Origin: an uncultured delta proteobacterium
GTDB taxonomy: Bacteria > Myxococcota_A > Polyangia > Polyangiales > Polyangiaceae
DNA length: 64,000 nt
Assembly (NCBI GenBank): GCA_963696385.1
Contig: CAVOKF010000004.1
Coordinates: forward strand, 320,001-384,000
Direction of reading: 5' to 3'
The position numbers and the translations under genes are program-made. Under the pieces are notes generated by a model. It saw only the letters and a program-made list of their open reading frames with translations, was not told where the DNA came from and searched no databases. Position 1 is the first letter of the stretch. Every line of letters starts with the position of its first letter. Positions 63,139-64,000 of the stretch are shown piece by piece.

Positions 63139-64000
63139 ATGGCCATGTCACGCGAAAAACTCATCATCATCGGCGCCGTCGTCTTGGGGCTTCTCGGAGT
63201 GCTCGTCTATCGCCAGATGAAGCAGGACGAATCGTTGGGAGCCGCCCCCGCGATTGCCGTGCAGTTTCCGAGCGTCAATGCGCCCGACGACATCGACAAG
63301 ATCAGCGTCACGAACGGTGAGAAGCCGGAGGTGGTGCTGGAGCGAGTACCCGATCCGAAGGGCACGCCGACGGACGCAGGCCCTGCGACCAAATGGGTTC
63401 TGACCAAGCCGTTGCACGCCGAGGCCGGTCAGCAGGCCGTCAAGGATCTGATCGCCAATCTCAAAGACATCAAGGTCGAGTCGCAAGTGAATCTGAGACT
63501 CGACGACGAGGTCAAAAAGGAAAAGCAGCTCGATGCCGCGCACGCGCTTCACCTGGTCGCGTGGAAGGACGGCGACAAAAAGGTCGACGAGTTTTTCGGA
63601 AAAAGCGGGGCCGCCGGACAGCTGGTGGTCGTGGCCGACAAGCCCGGCGCGGTCTGGGCGGCCAAGGGGTACTCGTCGTACCTCTACGCGAAAGAGCCGA
63701 AGGATTTTCGCGACAAGGAGATCGTGCACTTCGATGACGCGAGCATCGGGGCGGTGACTCTCGTCAACTCGCACGGCACCTTCGCGTTCACGAAGGTCGA
63801 CGGGAAGTGGACCGGGCTACTCGGCAAAAAGCCCATTGAGCGGCTGGACCAAGAGAAGGTCAAAGACATGCTGCGCGCGTACAAGTCGCTGAGCGCCGAC
63901 GACTTTGGCGACGGAAAGTCGCTTGCCGAAACGGGCCTCGACAAGCCGGAGGCGCAGGCGACATTCCAGTCGAAGGGCGACGAGCCCAAGACGTACGGGA
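63139..64000 (+). CDS. DUF4340-like protein (3'-truncated by window edge)
   Basis: Open frame from ATG 63139/63145 to the window end; N-terminal TM, WVLTKP, FRDK, TGLDKP; usual fourth gene of gldAFG-like operons. Confidence 0.75.
   Translation, partial: MAMSREKLIIIGAVVLGLLGVLVYRQMKQDESLGAAPAIAVQFPSVNAPDDIDKISVTNGEKPEVVLERVPDPKGTPTDAGPATKWVLTKPLHAEAGQQAVKDLIANLKDIKVESQVNLRLDDEVKKEKQLDAAHALHLVAWKDGDKKVDEFFGKSGAAGQLVVVADKPGAVWAAKGYSSYLYAKEPKDFRDKEIVHFDDASIGAVTLVNSHGTFAFTKVDGKWTGLLGKKPIERLDQEKVKDMLRAYKSLSADDFGDGKSLAETGLDKPEAQATFQSKGDEPKTYG

Overview
High-GC (roughly 65-70%) bacterial chromosomal window. Its gene content (TIGR02266-like PilZ proteins, Cys-rich secreted proteins, a TonB-C/receptor fusion, PEGA/TPR-type proteins) points to a myxobacterium of the Polyangiaceae/Sorangiineae type; this placement is inference. 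I find about 47 CDSs and one small SRP RNA (ffs, minus strand, ~7695-7803, absent from the ORF track). I see no tRNA, rRNA, CRISPR array or mobile element. The two most notable loci concern lipids. (1) A co-oriented cluster ino1 (MIPS), Aur1/IPC-synthase-like, pgpA and an MMPL/RND exporter, which looks like an inositol-(sphingo)lipid synthesis and export unit. (2) A PlsA/PlsR (Ger)-like pair (double BadF/BcrAD activase plus DUF2229, then a dehydratase-like partner), a candidate anaerobic-type plasmalogen/ether-lipid system, with a divergent TetR and two copies of a TGAC-N6-GTCA-like operator. Other points: an RNase E/G with a large disordered insertion in its S1 domain; a MinD/FlhG-J-like-RodZ-HTH fusion; a GH8/CBM lipoprotein pair; a ~1060-aa Cys-rich repeat protein split at a G7 run; a frameshifted PilZ gene; convergent serA/D2HGDH; a Gld-like ABC operon; and a recurring D-[AGS]-[GS] motif in exported proteins. 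All assignments come from motif reading by eye, not database searches.
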